A stretch of DNA of 64,000 bases from IMG/VR virus record IMGVR_UViG_3300046171_000271; one strand, written 5' to 3'. Of the stretch, positions 35,301-41,491 are shown piece after piece. Under the pieces are notes generated by a model. It searched no databases. It was not told the origin of the DNA and worked only from the letters and a program-made list of their open reading frames with translations. This DNA is from a virus. Taxonomy: Duplodnaviria > Caudoviricetes. Numbering within the stretch: the first letter of the stretch is position 1; each line of letters opens with the position of its first letter. Both the position numbers and the translations under genes were made by a program.

Positions 35301-37624
35301 CTCTTGCGAATGGTGCTGCTGATTCTTCTGCTGCTGATGGTGCTGGTATCACTATTGATGGTGCTGATGCAACCTTCAATTACTCACACAGCGGAACCAA
35401 GTGGGTTGCCAATAAGTCTATTGAAGCAACTTCTTTCCTTGGTAACGTAACTGGTAATGTAACCGGTAATGCTGATACAGCAACTGCTCTCCAGAACGCT
35501 AGAACAATCGGTGGAGTTTCCTTCGATGGTTCTGCAAATATCAACTTACCTGGCGTTAACGCAACAGGTAATCAAGATACCTCTGGTAACGCTGCTACAG
35601 CAACTGCTTTAGCAACCGCTAGATCAATCGGTGGAGTCAACTTTGATGGTACTGCTGGTATTAACCTTCCTGGTGTAAACCAAGCAGGTAACCAAGATAC
35701 CACTGGTAATGCTGCAACAGCAACTGCACTTGAGACTGCTAGAACAATCGGTGGAGTTTCCTTCAACGGATCCGCGAACATCGATCTCCCTGGTGTTAAC
35801 GCAACAGGTAACCAAGATACCACTGGTAATGCAGCTACAGCAACTGCTCTAGCAACCGCTAGAAACATTGGTGGAGTTTCCTTCGATGGTACAGGTAACA
35901 TCAACCTTCCTGGTGTTAACGCAGCAGGTAACCAAGATACAACTGGAACCGCTGCTCTTGCAGAGGGACTGACTGGTACACCTAGCATCGCTGTTAATGC
36001 AGTAACTTCATCACACATCAATAGTTCCGGTATTATTACTGCCACTTCATTCGTTGGTGATGGTTCTGGACTGACTGGTGTTGCGTCTACTGACAACATT
36101 CAGACTGCTACTGAAGCAGTATTCTTGAGTGGAGTCAAAATTACTGGTGTTACCACTGCAACTGGTGGTGTCGTCGGTGACTTAACCGGTGATGTAACTG
36201 GTAATGCTGATACAGCAACTGCACTTCAGACTGCTAGAAACATTGGTGGAGTTTCCTTTGATGGTTCTGCAAATATCAACCTTCCTGGTGTAAACCAAGC
36301 TGGTAATCAGGATACCTCAGGTAACGCTGCAACTGCTACAACACTTGAGACTGCTAGAAACATTGGTGGTGTCTCCTTTGATGGTTCTGCAAATATCAAC
36401 TTACCTGGTGTTAACGCAACTGGTAACCAAGATACCTCTGGCAACGCTGCAACTGCAACTCTTGCCACTAATGCTTCTGGACTGACAGGAACACCCAACG
36501 TAACTGTTGGAGTTGTTACTGCTACAGATCTGACACTTTCTGGTAACTTAACAGTTAACGGTACAACCACAACTCTGAATACAGCAACTTTAACTGTAGA
36601 AGATAAAAACATCGTTGTCGCTAGCGGTGCTGCTGATTCTTCTGCTGCTGATGGTGCTGGATTAACAGTTGATGGTGCGGATGCTACGTTCAACTATTCC
36701 CATAGTGGAACTAAGTGGGTTGCTAACAAGTCTATCGAAGCAACTTCATTCATCGGCGATGTAACAGGTGATGTAACAGGTAACACATCTGGTTCTTCCG
36801 GATCTTGTACTGGAAATGCTGCAACCGCAACGGCATTGCAGACTGCTAGAACAATCGGCGGAGTTTCCTTCGATGGTACAGGTAACATCAACTTACCTGG
36901 CGTTAATGCAGCAGGTAACCAAGATACCACTGGTAATGCTGCAACAGCAACTGCTTTGGCAACCGCCAGAACTATTGCTGGAGTCTCCTTCGACGGTTCC
37001 GCAGACATCTCTCTGAATAACAATGCCATTACTAATGGTGCTGGATATATTACAAGTTCTGGAACTGCTGCTCTTGCTCAAGGGATTACAGGGACACCTA
37101 GTGTCACTGTTAATACAGTAACAGCGTCACATATTAATAGTTCTGGTATTGTTACCGCTACCTCTTTCAGAGGTGATGGTTCTCAACTGACTGGAATCAG
37201 TGTTGATTCAACTTCACTGTTAGATTCTAACGGCGATACAAGAGTTGCTGCTACAACTTCTGGTGCTACTTTAACTGGAACCTTAACAGTAACTGGAGAT
37301 GTCGCTGCGACTAACTTTAACTCCACATCTGATATTACACTCAAGGATAATGTATCGATTATCGACAATGCGCTCGATATGATCAATAACCTTCAGGGTA
37401 TCAGTTGGAACTGGAAGCATGACGGAAAAGCATCTCTGGGTGTATCTGCTCAGAATGTTGAAATTGTTGCTCCTGAACTGGTTTCTAATGGAGATCATAA
37501 GGCTGTTAACTATAACGGACTTATTGGTATTCTGATTGAGGCAGTTAAGGAACAAAGCAACCAGATTAGCGAACTTCGCGTTGAACTTGCTAAAAAAGCA
37601 AATTCAAGAAGAAAACGCTCTTGA
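26387..37624 (+). CDS. Giant repeat-rich tail fibre (3745 aa) with a C-terminal peptidase S74-like intramolecular chaperone
   Basis: Uninterrupted 11.2 kb ORF with its own late promoter; 40-aa ARTIGGVSFDG repeats; TVDAKGRVT repeats; C-term SDITLK...GVSAQNV...VNYNGLIGILIEAVKE. Confidence 0.88.
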   Translation: MAFNRELSQFANYLALDASARYIGITTAVDANVGIGSVTPKSKLDVTGDAIVSGVTTSTGGFVGNLTGTASNATQAEGLTGTPNVTVNTVTAAHINNTGVITASGGFVGDIAGDVTAGTVTASTSLSASTINESSTNAGITFGHEVLGGNATFSGTSTLGTVDINGGAIDGTAIGGATPSTGAFTTINSSHINSTGVVTAVSFSGDGSGLTGVASTDNIQTTTPARFLNNVLITGIATVGVVTGGTSVSATNIYGTHNGSVIGNVTGNVTGNADTATALQNARTIGGVSFDGSANINLPGVNATGNQDTSGNAATATTLETARTIGGVSFDGSADINLPGVNQAGNQNTSGTAAGLSGTPNITVNAVTSSHINSSGIITAVSFTGDGSGLTGVASTDNIQTATPARFLNDVLITGITTVGVVTGGTSLSATNIYGTHNGNVIGNVVGNVTGDVTGNADTATTLQTARNIGGVSFDGSSNINLPGVNISGNQDTSGNAATATTLETARTIGGVSFDGGADINLPGVNQTGNQDTSGNAATATTLETARTIGGVSFNGSANIDLPGVNTAGNQNTSGTAAGLSGTPDVTVNAVTSAHINNSGVTTSTGGFVGDLTGNAATATTLETARTIGGVSFDGSANINLPGVNQAGNQDTSGNAATATTLETSRTLALSGDATGSASFDGSANATIAATLANSGVSAGSYGGAAAIPVLTVDAKGRVTSATTTAVGSGLTVTGDTGSEDIDLLTEGLAITGNGNNVITTASGNAVDITLNPNVAITDLSASGVVTATSFKTGATGSAIQVNTATITGPSSITIDPAAIGDATGTVHILGNLQVEGTQTVIDSTTVNIADKNIQVATGAANNAAADGAGFTIDSGEGDKTFQYQDTGSNFASSENMNLADGKVYKIDNTEVLSETTLGSGVVNSSLTSVGTLDSLNVAGALTAAHVNVSGIVTASNFVATQGTMNITGDVTGTATTATNAQGLTGTPSITVKDITGTGNINIAGIVTASSFVGDLTGNVTGNADSATLATDAQGLTGTPSITVNAVTSAHINNSGIITAASFSGSGSGLSAGTTPLTTLDIDGATDIGADLVDGDLIVVDDGAGGTNRKSAMSRVKEYVLGGGSGGNFSQIRVTGISTLGQATATGLVVSGVTTATGGIEGNLTGDVTGNADTATTLETARTIGGVSFDGSANINLPGVNQAGNQNTSGNAATATTLETARTIGGVSFDGSSNINLPGVNQAGNQDTSGNAATATALQTGRNFSASGDATASNVSFDGTGNVDLALTLANTGVSAGTFGSGSQVSQITVDSKGRITSATNVAISTSLQVSGGSGSGSVNLLVDGLTFVDGTYVNTSVAGTSVTIALDADSNNTASHLVARDSSGNFSAGTISAALTGNVTGNVVGNVTGNVVGDLTGDVTGNADTATALQTGRSFTVTGDATTDSAQSFDGTGNVALPITLANSGVTAATYGGAAAVPIITVDSKGRITSATTTAVGSGLTVVGDSGSEDIDLLTESLTITGGTNLTSSAASNGVTLNLDNDISITTAAVSGVVTAGGGFVGDLTGNAATATLATNAQGLTGTPSVTVNAVTSAQINNTGVVTASGGFVGDLTGNSSTATQLATARDFTLTGDVTTDSAQSFNGTGNVALPVTLANSGVSAATYGSASAIPVLTVDSKGRVTSATTTAVGSGLTVVGDSGSEDINLLSESLTISGGSNLNSNAASNGVTVNLNDDISIATAAVSGVVTASGGFVGNLTGNVTGDASGNAGTATALQTARTIGGVSFDGTANINLPGVNQSGNQDTSGNAATATLATNAQGLTGTPNVTVNSVTSTHINNSGITTSTGGFVGELTGNVVGNVTGDVTGNADTASTLETARTIGGVSFDGSADINLPGVNQAGNQNTSGNAATATALQTARNIGGVSFDGTSNIDLPGVNTAGNQNTSGNAASATTLQNARTIGGVSFDGSANIDLPGVNATGNQDTSGNAATATALATARNIGGVSFDGTGDINLPGVNATGNQDTSGNAATATTLETSRTLALSGDATGSASFDGSANATIAATLANSGVSAGSYGGAAAIPVLTVDAKGRITSATTTAVGSGLTVTGDTGSEDIDLLTEGLAITGGTNLTSSAASNGVEVSLNPDVSLTNLNASGVVTATSFKTGTEGSSIHINSATITGPSSITLDPAGIGDNTGVVHILGDLQVEGTTTTIDSTTVNIVDKNIQIATGAANDAAADGGGITVDSGEGDKTFQFEATGDNFGSSENMNLASGKVYKINNTEVLSATTLGSAVVNSSLTSVGTLGSLNVSGALTGSHISASGIVTAASFSGSGSGLSAGTTPLTTLDIDGATDIGADLSDGDLIVVDDGAGGTNRKSAMSRVKEYVLGGGSGGNFEQLNVTGISTLGQATATGLVVSGVTTATGGIEGNLTGNVTGNADSATALQTARNIGGVSFDGTADINLPGVNQSGNQDTSGNSATATTLETARTIGGVSFNGSANIDLPGVNTAGNQDTSGNAATATALATARNIGGVSFDGTADINLPGVNATGNQDTSGNAATATTLETARTIGGVSFDGSANINLPGVNATGNQDTSGNAATATALATSRTLAISGDATGSATFDGSANATIAATLANSGVAAATYGSTTAVPVLTVDAKGRITSATTASVGTALTVTGDSGSEDINLLTEGLAITGGTNLTSSAASNGVAISLDNDISITTAAVSGVVTAGGGFVGDVAGDLTGDVTSTGLISAAHINASGVTTSTGGFVGNVQGNINSTGLSTVTNLEVGGYVSIGDTHGQMNQVMASVGAGVTWRDIVDVLPQTRTTQTFTATAGQTTFSFNYNVNYLDVFVNGVKLSSTELTATNGTSVVISEALFAGDIVEFHSYNTAGTGSGSVSSANDLTDITLSSASNNDILVYNGSAFVNQQSLNLSGNIAAADLTLSGNLTVNGTQTVLNTATLNVEDLNITLANGAADSSAADGAGITIDGADATFNYSHSGTKWVANKSIEATSFLGNVTGNVTGNADTATALQNARTIGGVSFDGSANINLPGVNATGNQDTSGNAATATALATARSIGGVNFDGTAGINLPGVNQAGNQDTTGNAATATALETARTIGGVSFNGSANIDLPGVNATGNQDTTGNAATATALATARNIGGVSFDGTGNINLPGVNAAGNQDTTGTAALAEGLTGTPSIAVNAVTSSHINSSGIITATSFVGDGSGLTGVASTDNIQTATEAVFLSGVKITGVTTATGGVVGDLTGDVTGNADTATALQTARNIGGVSFDGSANINLPGVNQAGNQDTSGNAATATTLETARNIGGVSFDGSANINLPGVNATGNQDTSGNAATATLATNASGLTGTPNVTVGVVTATDLTLSGNLTVNGTTTTLNTATLTVEDKNIVVASGAADSSAADGAGLTVDGADATFNYSHSGTKWVANKSIEATSFIGDVTGDVTGNTSGSSGSCTGNAATATALQTARTIGGVSFDGTGNINLPGVNAAGNQDTTGNAATATALATARTIAGVSFDGSADISLNNNAITNGAGYITSSGTAALAQGITGTPSVTVNTVTASHINSSGIVTATSFRGDGSQLTGISVDSTSLLDSNGDTRVAATTSGATLTGTLTVTGDVAATNFNSTSDITLKDNVSIIDNALDMINNLQGISWNWKHDGKASLGVSAQNVEIVAPELVSNGDHKAVNYNGLIGILIEAVKEQSNQISELRVELAKKANSRRKRS
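28346..29900 (+). repeat. Copy 1 of a ~1.25-1.5 kb internal duplication in the giant fibre
   Basis: SRTLALSGDATG...KSAMSRVKEYVLGGGSGG recurs at about 32468-33710; 29561-29616 is identical to 33365-33420. Confidence 0.88.
32468..33710 (+). repeat. Copy 2 of the internal duplication
   Basis: Matches 28346-29900 but lacks a ~0.3 kb segment present in copy 1. Confidence 0.88.
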
Positions 37625-37640
37625 GGGTTAAGTTCTCTAC

Positions 37641-37646
37641 TAAATA
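37641..37646 (+). promoter_or_regulatory. Late promoter (580-aa fibre)
   Basis: CTAAATA, intergenic. Confidence 0.72.
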
Positions 37647-37662
37647 GTGAAAAACCTTATTC

Positions 37663-39405
37663 ATGGCACGCGGTAGGGAACTATCTCAGTTAGGATCTTT
37701 AATCGAGATTGAAGATTCTACTAAAAATATGGGGGTGGGTATTGCCACCCCTTCCCAAAAAATTGGTATAGGAACTCTATCCCCAACCTCCAAAGTAGAG
37801 GTGGTTGGGGATGTTTTTATATCTGGAATTATAACTGCAACTACTTTATCTGGAGATGGTTCTGGATTAAGTAATGTTCCTGGAAGTGCATTTTCTAACC
37901 TTTCAGAAGATACCACTCCTCAGTTAGGTGGAAATTTAGATGTAAATGGAAAAGATATAACTGGTACTGGAAATTTAAATATTTCTGGAGTAATAACTGC
38001 AACTTCATTCTCTGGTAATGGTTCTGCACTTATAGGTGTCGCATCAACCGATAACATTCAAACTGCTACTGAAGCAGTATTTTTGAGTGGAGTAAAAATT
38101 ACTGGTGTTACCACTGCAACTGGTGGTGTCGTTGGAAACTTAACTGGTAATGTAACTGGAAATACATCTGGAAGTTCGGGAAGCTGCACAGGAAATGCTG
38201 CTACAGCAACTATTCTGCAGACTTCTAGAACAATTGCTGGAGTGTCATTTGACGGTAGTGCGAATATAAGTCTCAATAATAATGCAATTACTAATGGTGC
38301 AGGATATATTACAACATCTCATGGATTTACTAACACCAATCAATTAACAAATGGTGCTGGATTTATCACCTCAAGTGATGATATTTCAGGAAATGCTGCT
38401 ACAGCAACTATTCTGCAGACTTCTAGAACAATTGCTGGAGTATCATTTGATGGAAGCTCAAATATAAGTTTGAACAATAATGCTATAACGAATGGTGCCG
38501 GATATATTACAAGTTCTGGAACTGCTTCTCTCTCTGAGGGACTAACAGGAACACCCAACGTAACTGTTGGAGTTGTCACTGCATCGGATTTAACTTTATC
38601 TGGTAACTTAACAGTAAACGGAACTACTACAACTCTCAATACAGCAACTTTAACTGTAGAAGATAAAAATATTACCTTAGCTAGTGGTGCTGCTTCATCT
38701 TCAGATGCGGATGGTTCTGGACTGACAGTTTCTGGGGCAAATGCCACCTTTAACTATTCACATAGTGGAACTAAGTGGGTTGCTAACAAGTCTATCGAAG
38801 CAACTTCATTTATCGGTAATGTAACAGGTAACACATCTGGTTCATCAGGATCCTGTACTGGTAACTCTGCTACTGCAACTGCTCTTGCAACCGCCAGAAC
38901 AATTGCTGGAGTATCATTTGATGGAAGCTCAAATATAAGTTTGAACAATAATGCTATAACGAATGGTGCCGGATATATTACGACATCACATGCATTTACT
39001 AATACCAATCAATTAACAAATGGTGCCGGATATATTACAAGTTCTGGAACTGCTGCACTTGCACAAGGATTAACTGGAACACCCAGTATTTCAGTTACAA
39101 ATATTAATGCTTCCGGAGATGTTTCCGCTGCTAATTTCAACTCTACATCCGATATTACTTTAAAGCAAGATGTTTCTGTAATTGATAACGCACTTGAAAT
39201 GATTAGCCAACTTGAAGGTGTCAGTTGGAAATGGAAAGAGTCTCTTGAACCATCACTTGGTGTGACTGCACAGAATGTAGAAGAGGTTGCCCCAGAGTTA
39301 GTTTCAAATGGAGATCATAAGTCAGTCAACTACAATGGACTCATTGGTATCTTAATTGAAGCAGTCAAAGAACTAAAATATGAAGTTGACAAATTAAAGA
39401 GATAA
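37663..39405 (+). CDS. 580-aa tail fibre paralogous to the distal end of the giant fibre, with an S74-like chaperone
   Basis: MARGRELSQL start; shared ASTDNIQTATEAVFLSG, YSHSGTKWVANKSIEATSF and SDITLK...VNYNGLIGILIEAVKE segments. Confidence 0.87.
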   Translation: MARGRELSQLGSLIEIEDSTKNMGVGIATPSQKIGIGTLSPTSKVEVVGDVFISGIITATTLSGDGSGLSNVPGSAFSNLSEDTTPQLGGNLDVNGKDITGTGNLNISGVITATSFSGNGSALIGVASTDNIQTATEAVFLSGVKITGVTTATGGVVGNLTGNVTGNTSGSSGSCTGNAATATILQTSRTIAGVSFDGSANISLNNNAITNGAGYITTSHGFTNTNQLTNGAGFITSSDDISGNAATATILQTSRTIAGVSFDGSSNISLNNNAITNGAGYITSSGTASLSEGLTGTPNVTVGVVTASDLTLSGNLTVNGTTTTLNTATLTVEDKNITLASGAASSSDADGSGLTVSGANATFNYSHSGTKWVANKSIEATSFIGNVTGNTSGSSGSCTGNSATATALATARTIAGVSFDGSSNISLNNNAITNGAGYITTSHAFTNTNQLTNGAGYITSSGTAALAQGLTGTPSISVTNINASGDVSAANFNSTSDITLKQDVSVIDNALEMISQLEGVSWKWKESLEPSLGVTAQNVEEVAPELVSNGDHKSVNYNGLIGILIEAVKELKYEVDKLKR

Positions 39406-39408
39406 ATA
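39403..39408 (+). promoter_or_regulatory. Late promoter (polyprotein gene)
   Basis: ATAAATA overlapping the upstream stop. Confidence 0.7.
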
Positions 39409-39430
39409 TAAAAGAGACTTCTTGTTTCTT

Positions 39431-41182
39431 ATGAAAAAATGTCCTGCAGGACAGTATTACTGTTTTACCGATAAAAAATGTAAGAAGATACCCATGGGAT
39501 ATCATGTGGGTGGAAGAGGTATGCTTGAGAAAGATACCGAAGAAAGTGAAGCAAAGAAAAATGGTAATGGCGATGGAAACGGTAATGGAAATAGTAATGG
39601 AAACGGTAATGGTGCTAACAGCGGTAACGGCGGTGGTAATGGTGGTGGCATGGGGGAACAAGTAGTCTATGAAGGTGGAACTCTCCATAAATGGTTTAAA
39701 GGTTCTAAATCTAAAGATGGTAAAGGTGGATGGGTGAATGTTGTTACTGGCGGAACGTGCGCTAGTGATAAACCAGGTGAAGGAACTCCAAAATGTGTTT
39801 CTTCTGCAAAGAGAGCAAGCATGACTAAAGCAGAAAGACTTTCTGCTGCCAGAAGAAAGAAAAAAGCAGATCCTGGACAACAACAAAAAACAGGAGCTGC
39901 AAAACCAACATATGTTAAAACTGATAGTCCTAGGGAAGAGATGAACAACGACAATCTTAAACTCATCCAAGAAAAGGACAAAAAAGGAAAGGGTAGCGGT
40001 ACAAAAGATGCCTGTTACCATAAAGTTAAATCTCGCTACAGTGTTTGGCCAAGTGCATATGCGTCAGGAGCACTTGTCAAATGTCGTAAAGTAGGTGCAG
40101 CAAACTGGGGTAATAAGTCGGAGGGACTTTCCTGGGAAGAATTAACTGAGAGGTTTAGAACACAATACCGCGATAAAACTAAACTCTCACAATCATCAGA
40201 ACGAAAACTACTTGGTAGAAGATCATCTACCAAAGATGGTTCCAAACCAACAGGTTATGAATCTCCCAAAGAGTTTCGCGATAAATCAATGCCATTAAGA
40301 AAGCATCGCGAAAGATTTGGTGATCTCGCTAAAGAAGAGACATCACTCGATGAGAAATGCTGGCCTGGTTATGAAAAGAAAGGTATGAAGACTATGTTTG
40401 GAAAAAGATATCCAAACTGCGTCAAAAAGAAAGCAACCAGAAAGGAGCAGGTTGAGGAAGCTACGAGACTCCCCGCTACTACTGGAAATATTATTGATGT
40501 AAATATTGTCTTTAGAGGAAGATCTTACATGCTCAAGATGTTCTTCCCTAAGGTTGGCATCCCCAGCAGATCCGATGTTATTGATCAAATAGAAAAAGTA
40601 TATCCTGGCGCAAAATTAACGTTTTTCAGAGTCTCAGACTATGAACCAGGACAACCAATCATCAAAGTCACAGAACATAGAGAACGAGAAGAAGAAGTCG
40701 GAGCAATTGTTGAAACTGCTTCAAATGACTCAGCAGCAACAGGAAAATTCACTGAGGAAACCGAAGGGACATTAAATGAAATGGAGAAACCCCTTTCTTC
40801 TCAAGAGATTGCCCTTCAAAGAAAAAAATCACAAATTGATATGATGATTTTAAAAAAAAGAAATCAAGCAATGAAAAAAGATGCTCAACAAATGAAAAAA
40901 GATGAAGTGGCAAAAGAGGAAGCAATTCTAGAAAAGACTGCTGCTTGGACAAGAAAAGCAGGTAAGAACAAAGAAGGTGGACTTAACGAAAAAGGACGCA
41001 AGTCTTATGAAAGAGAGAACCCAGGTTCTGATCTGAAAGCACCTTCTAAAAAAGTTGGTAACAAAAGAAGAGCATCATTCTGTGCCCGTATGCGTGGGAT
41101 GAAGAAGAAACTTACTTCTGCCAAAACTGCTAACGATCCAGATAGCAGAATCAATAAGTCCCTCCGCGCTTGGAATTGCTGA
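39431..41182 (+). CDS. Basic multi-module protein, putative capsid-internal polyprotein (ATG at 39431 preferred to TTG at 39422)
   Basis: Lys-rich Cys-paired modules (KWFK..., DACYHKVK..., KCWPGY...PNCV, SFCARM...AWNC); late promoter at 39403. Confidence 0.75.
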   Translation: MKKCPAGQYYCFTDKKCKKIPMGYHVGGRGMLEKDTEESEAKKNGNGDGNGNGNSNGNGNGANSGNGGGNGGGMGEQVVYEGGTLHKWFKGSKSKDGKGGWVNVVTGGTCASDKPGEGTPKCVSSAKRASMTKAERLSAARRKKKADPGQQQKTGAAKPTYVKTDSPREEMNNDNLKLIQEKDKKGKGSGTKDACYHKVKSRYSVWPSAYASGALVKCRKVGAANWGNKSEGLSWEELTERFRTQYRDKTKLSQSSERKLLGRRSSTKDGSKPTGYESPKEFRDKSMPLRKHRERFGDLAKEETSLDEKCWPGYEKKGMKTMFGKRYPNCVKKKATRKEQVEEATRLPATTGNIIDVNIVFRGRSYMLKMFFPKVGIPSRSDVIDQIEKVYPGAKLTFFRVSDYEPGQPIIKVTEHREREEEVGAIVETASNDSAATGKFTEETEGTLNEMEKPLSSQEIALQRKKSQIDMMILKKRNQAMKKDAQQMKKDEVAKEEAILEKTAAWTRKAGKNKEGGLNEKGRKSYERENPGSDLKAPSKKVGNKRRASFCARMRGMKKKLTSAKTANDPDSRINKSLRAWNC

Positions 41183-41183
41183 T

Positions 41184-41489
41184 ATGAAAAGTTTTCAACA
41201 ATTTTTATCTGAAAGTATCACCATCAATGGAGACTTCAACGGAACTCTCAATGTAGGAAGTTCTCAACCTGAACAGCAAGAAGAATCATTTTTTGCAGAT
41301 GTTGTTTGGGAAGGTAAAATTTATCGCCTTGAATTAGAAGGAAAGATAATGAATAAAAATGAAATTACAGAACAAATTCAGGATGAATACCCAGGTGCGA
41401 TTGTCCACAATGTGTATCCTGGAGAAGCATCATCAAAAATTAAAAGCGTAAAAAGATATCAACCAGAAAGATTAAATTGGAGTGACTAA
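41184..41489 (+). CDS. Small protein with a capsid-targeting-like N terminus
   Basis: Starts MKSFQQFLSE, resembling the T4 internal-protein signal MKTYQEFIAE. Confidence 0.7.
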   Translation: MKSFQQFLSESITINGDFNGTLNVGSSQPEQQEESFFADVVWEGKIYRLELEGKIMNKNEITEQIQDEYPGAIVHNVYPGEASSKIKSVKRYQPERLNWSD

Positions 41490-41491
41490 TT

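Larger units (their letters stand above)
27230..37020 (+). repeat. About 24 copies (plus one variant) of a 120-nt/40-aa fibre repeat in clusters of 1-4
   Basis: Counted by eye in the translation: ARTIGGVSFDGSANINLPGVNATGNQDTSGNAATATTLET and variants. Confidence 0.9.

Noticed and set aside
27230-37020. CRISPR-like or DGR interpretation of the regular repeats
   Set aside because: The repeats are in-frame coding units without unique spacers; no cas, reverse transcriptase, adenine-specific TR/VR pattern or invertase in the window
26422-37555. Many minus-strand and off-frame ORFs (60-221 aa) inside the giant fibre
   Set aside because: Shadows of the G/A/T/S/N-rich repetitive coding strand; they repeat with the same period and have no promoters or RBS
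39365-40021. 218-aa minus-strand ORF
   Set aside because: Antisense to the Lys-rich 586-aa gene; its Phe/Ser-rich composition is the mirror of AAA/GAA codons
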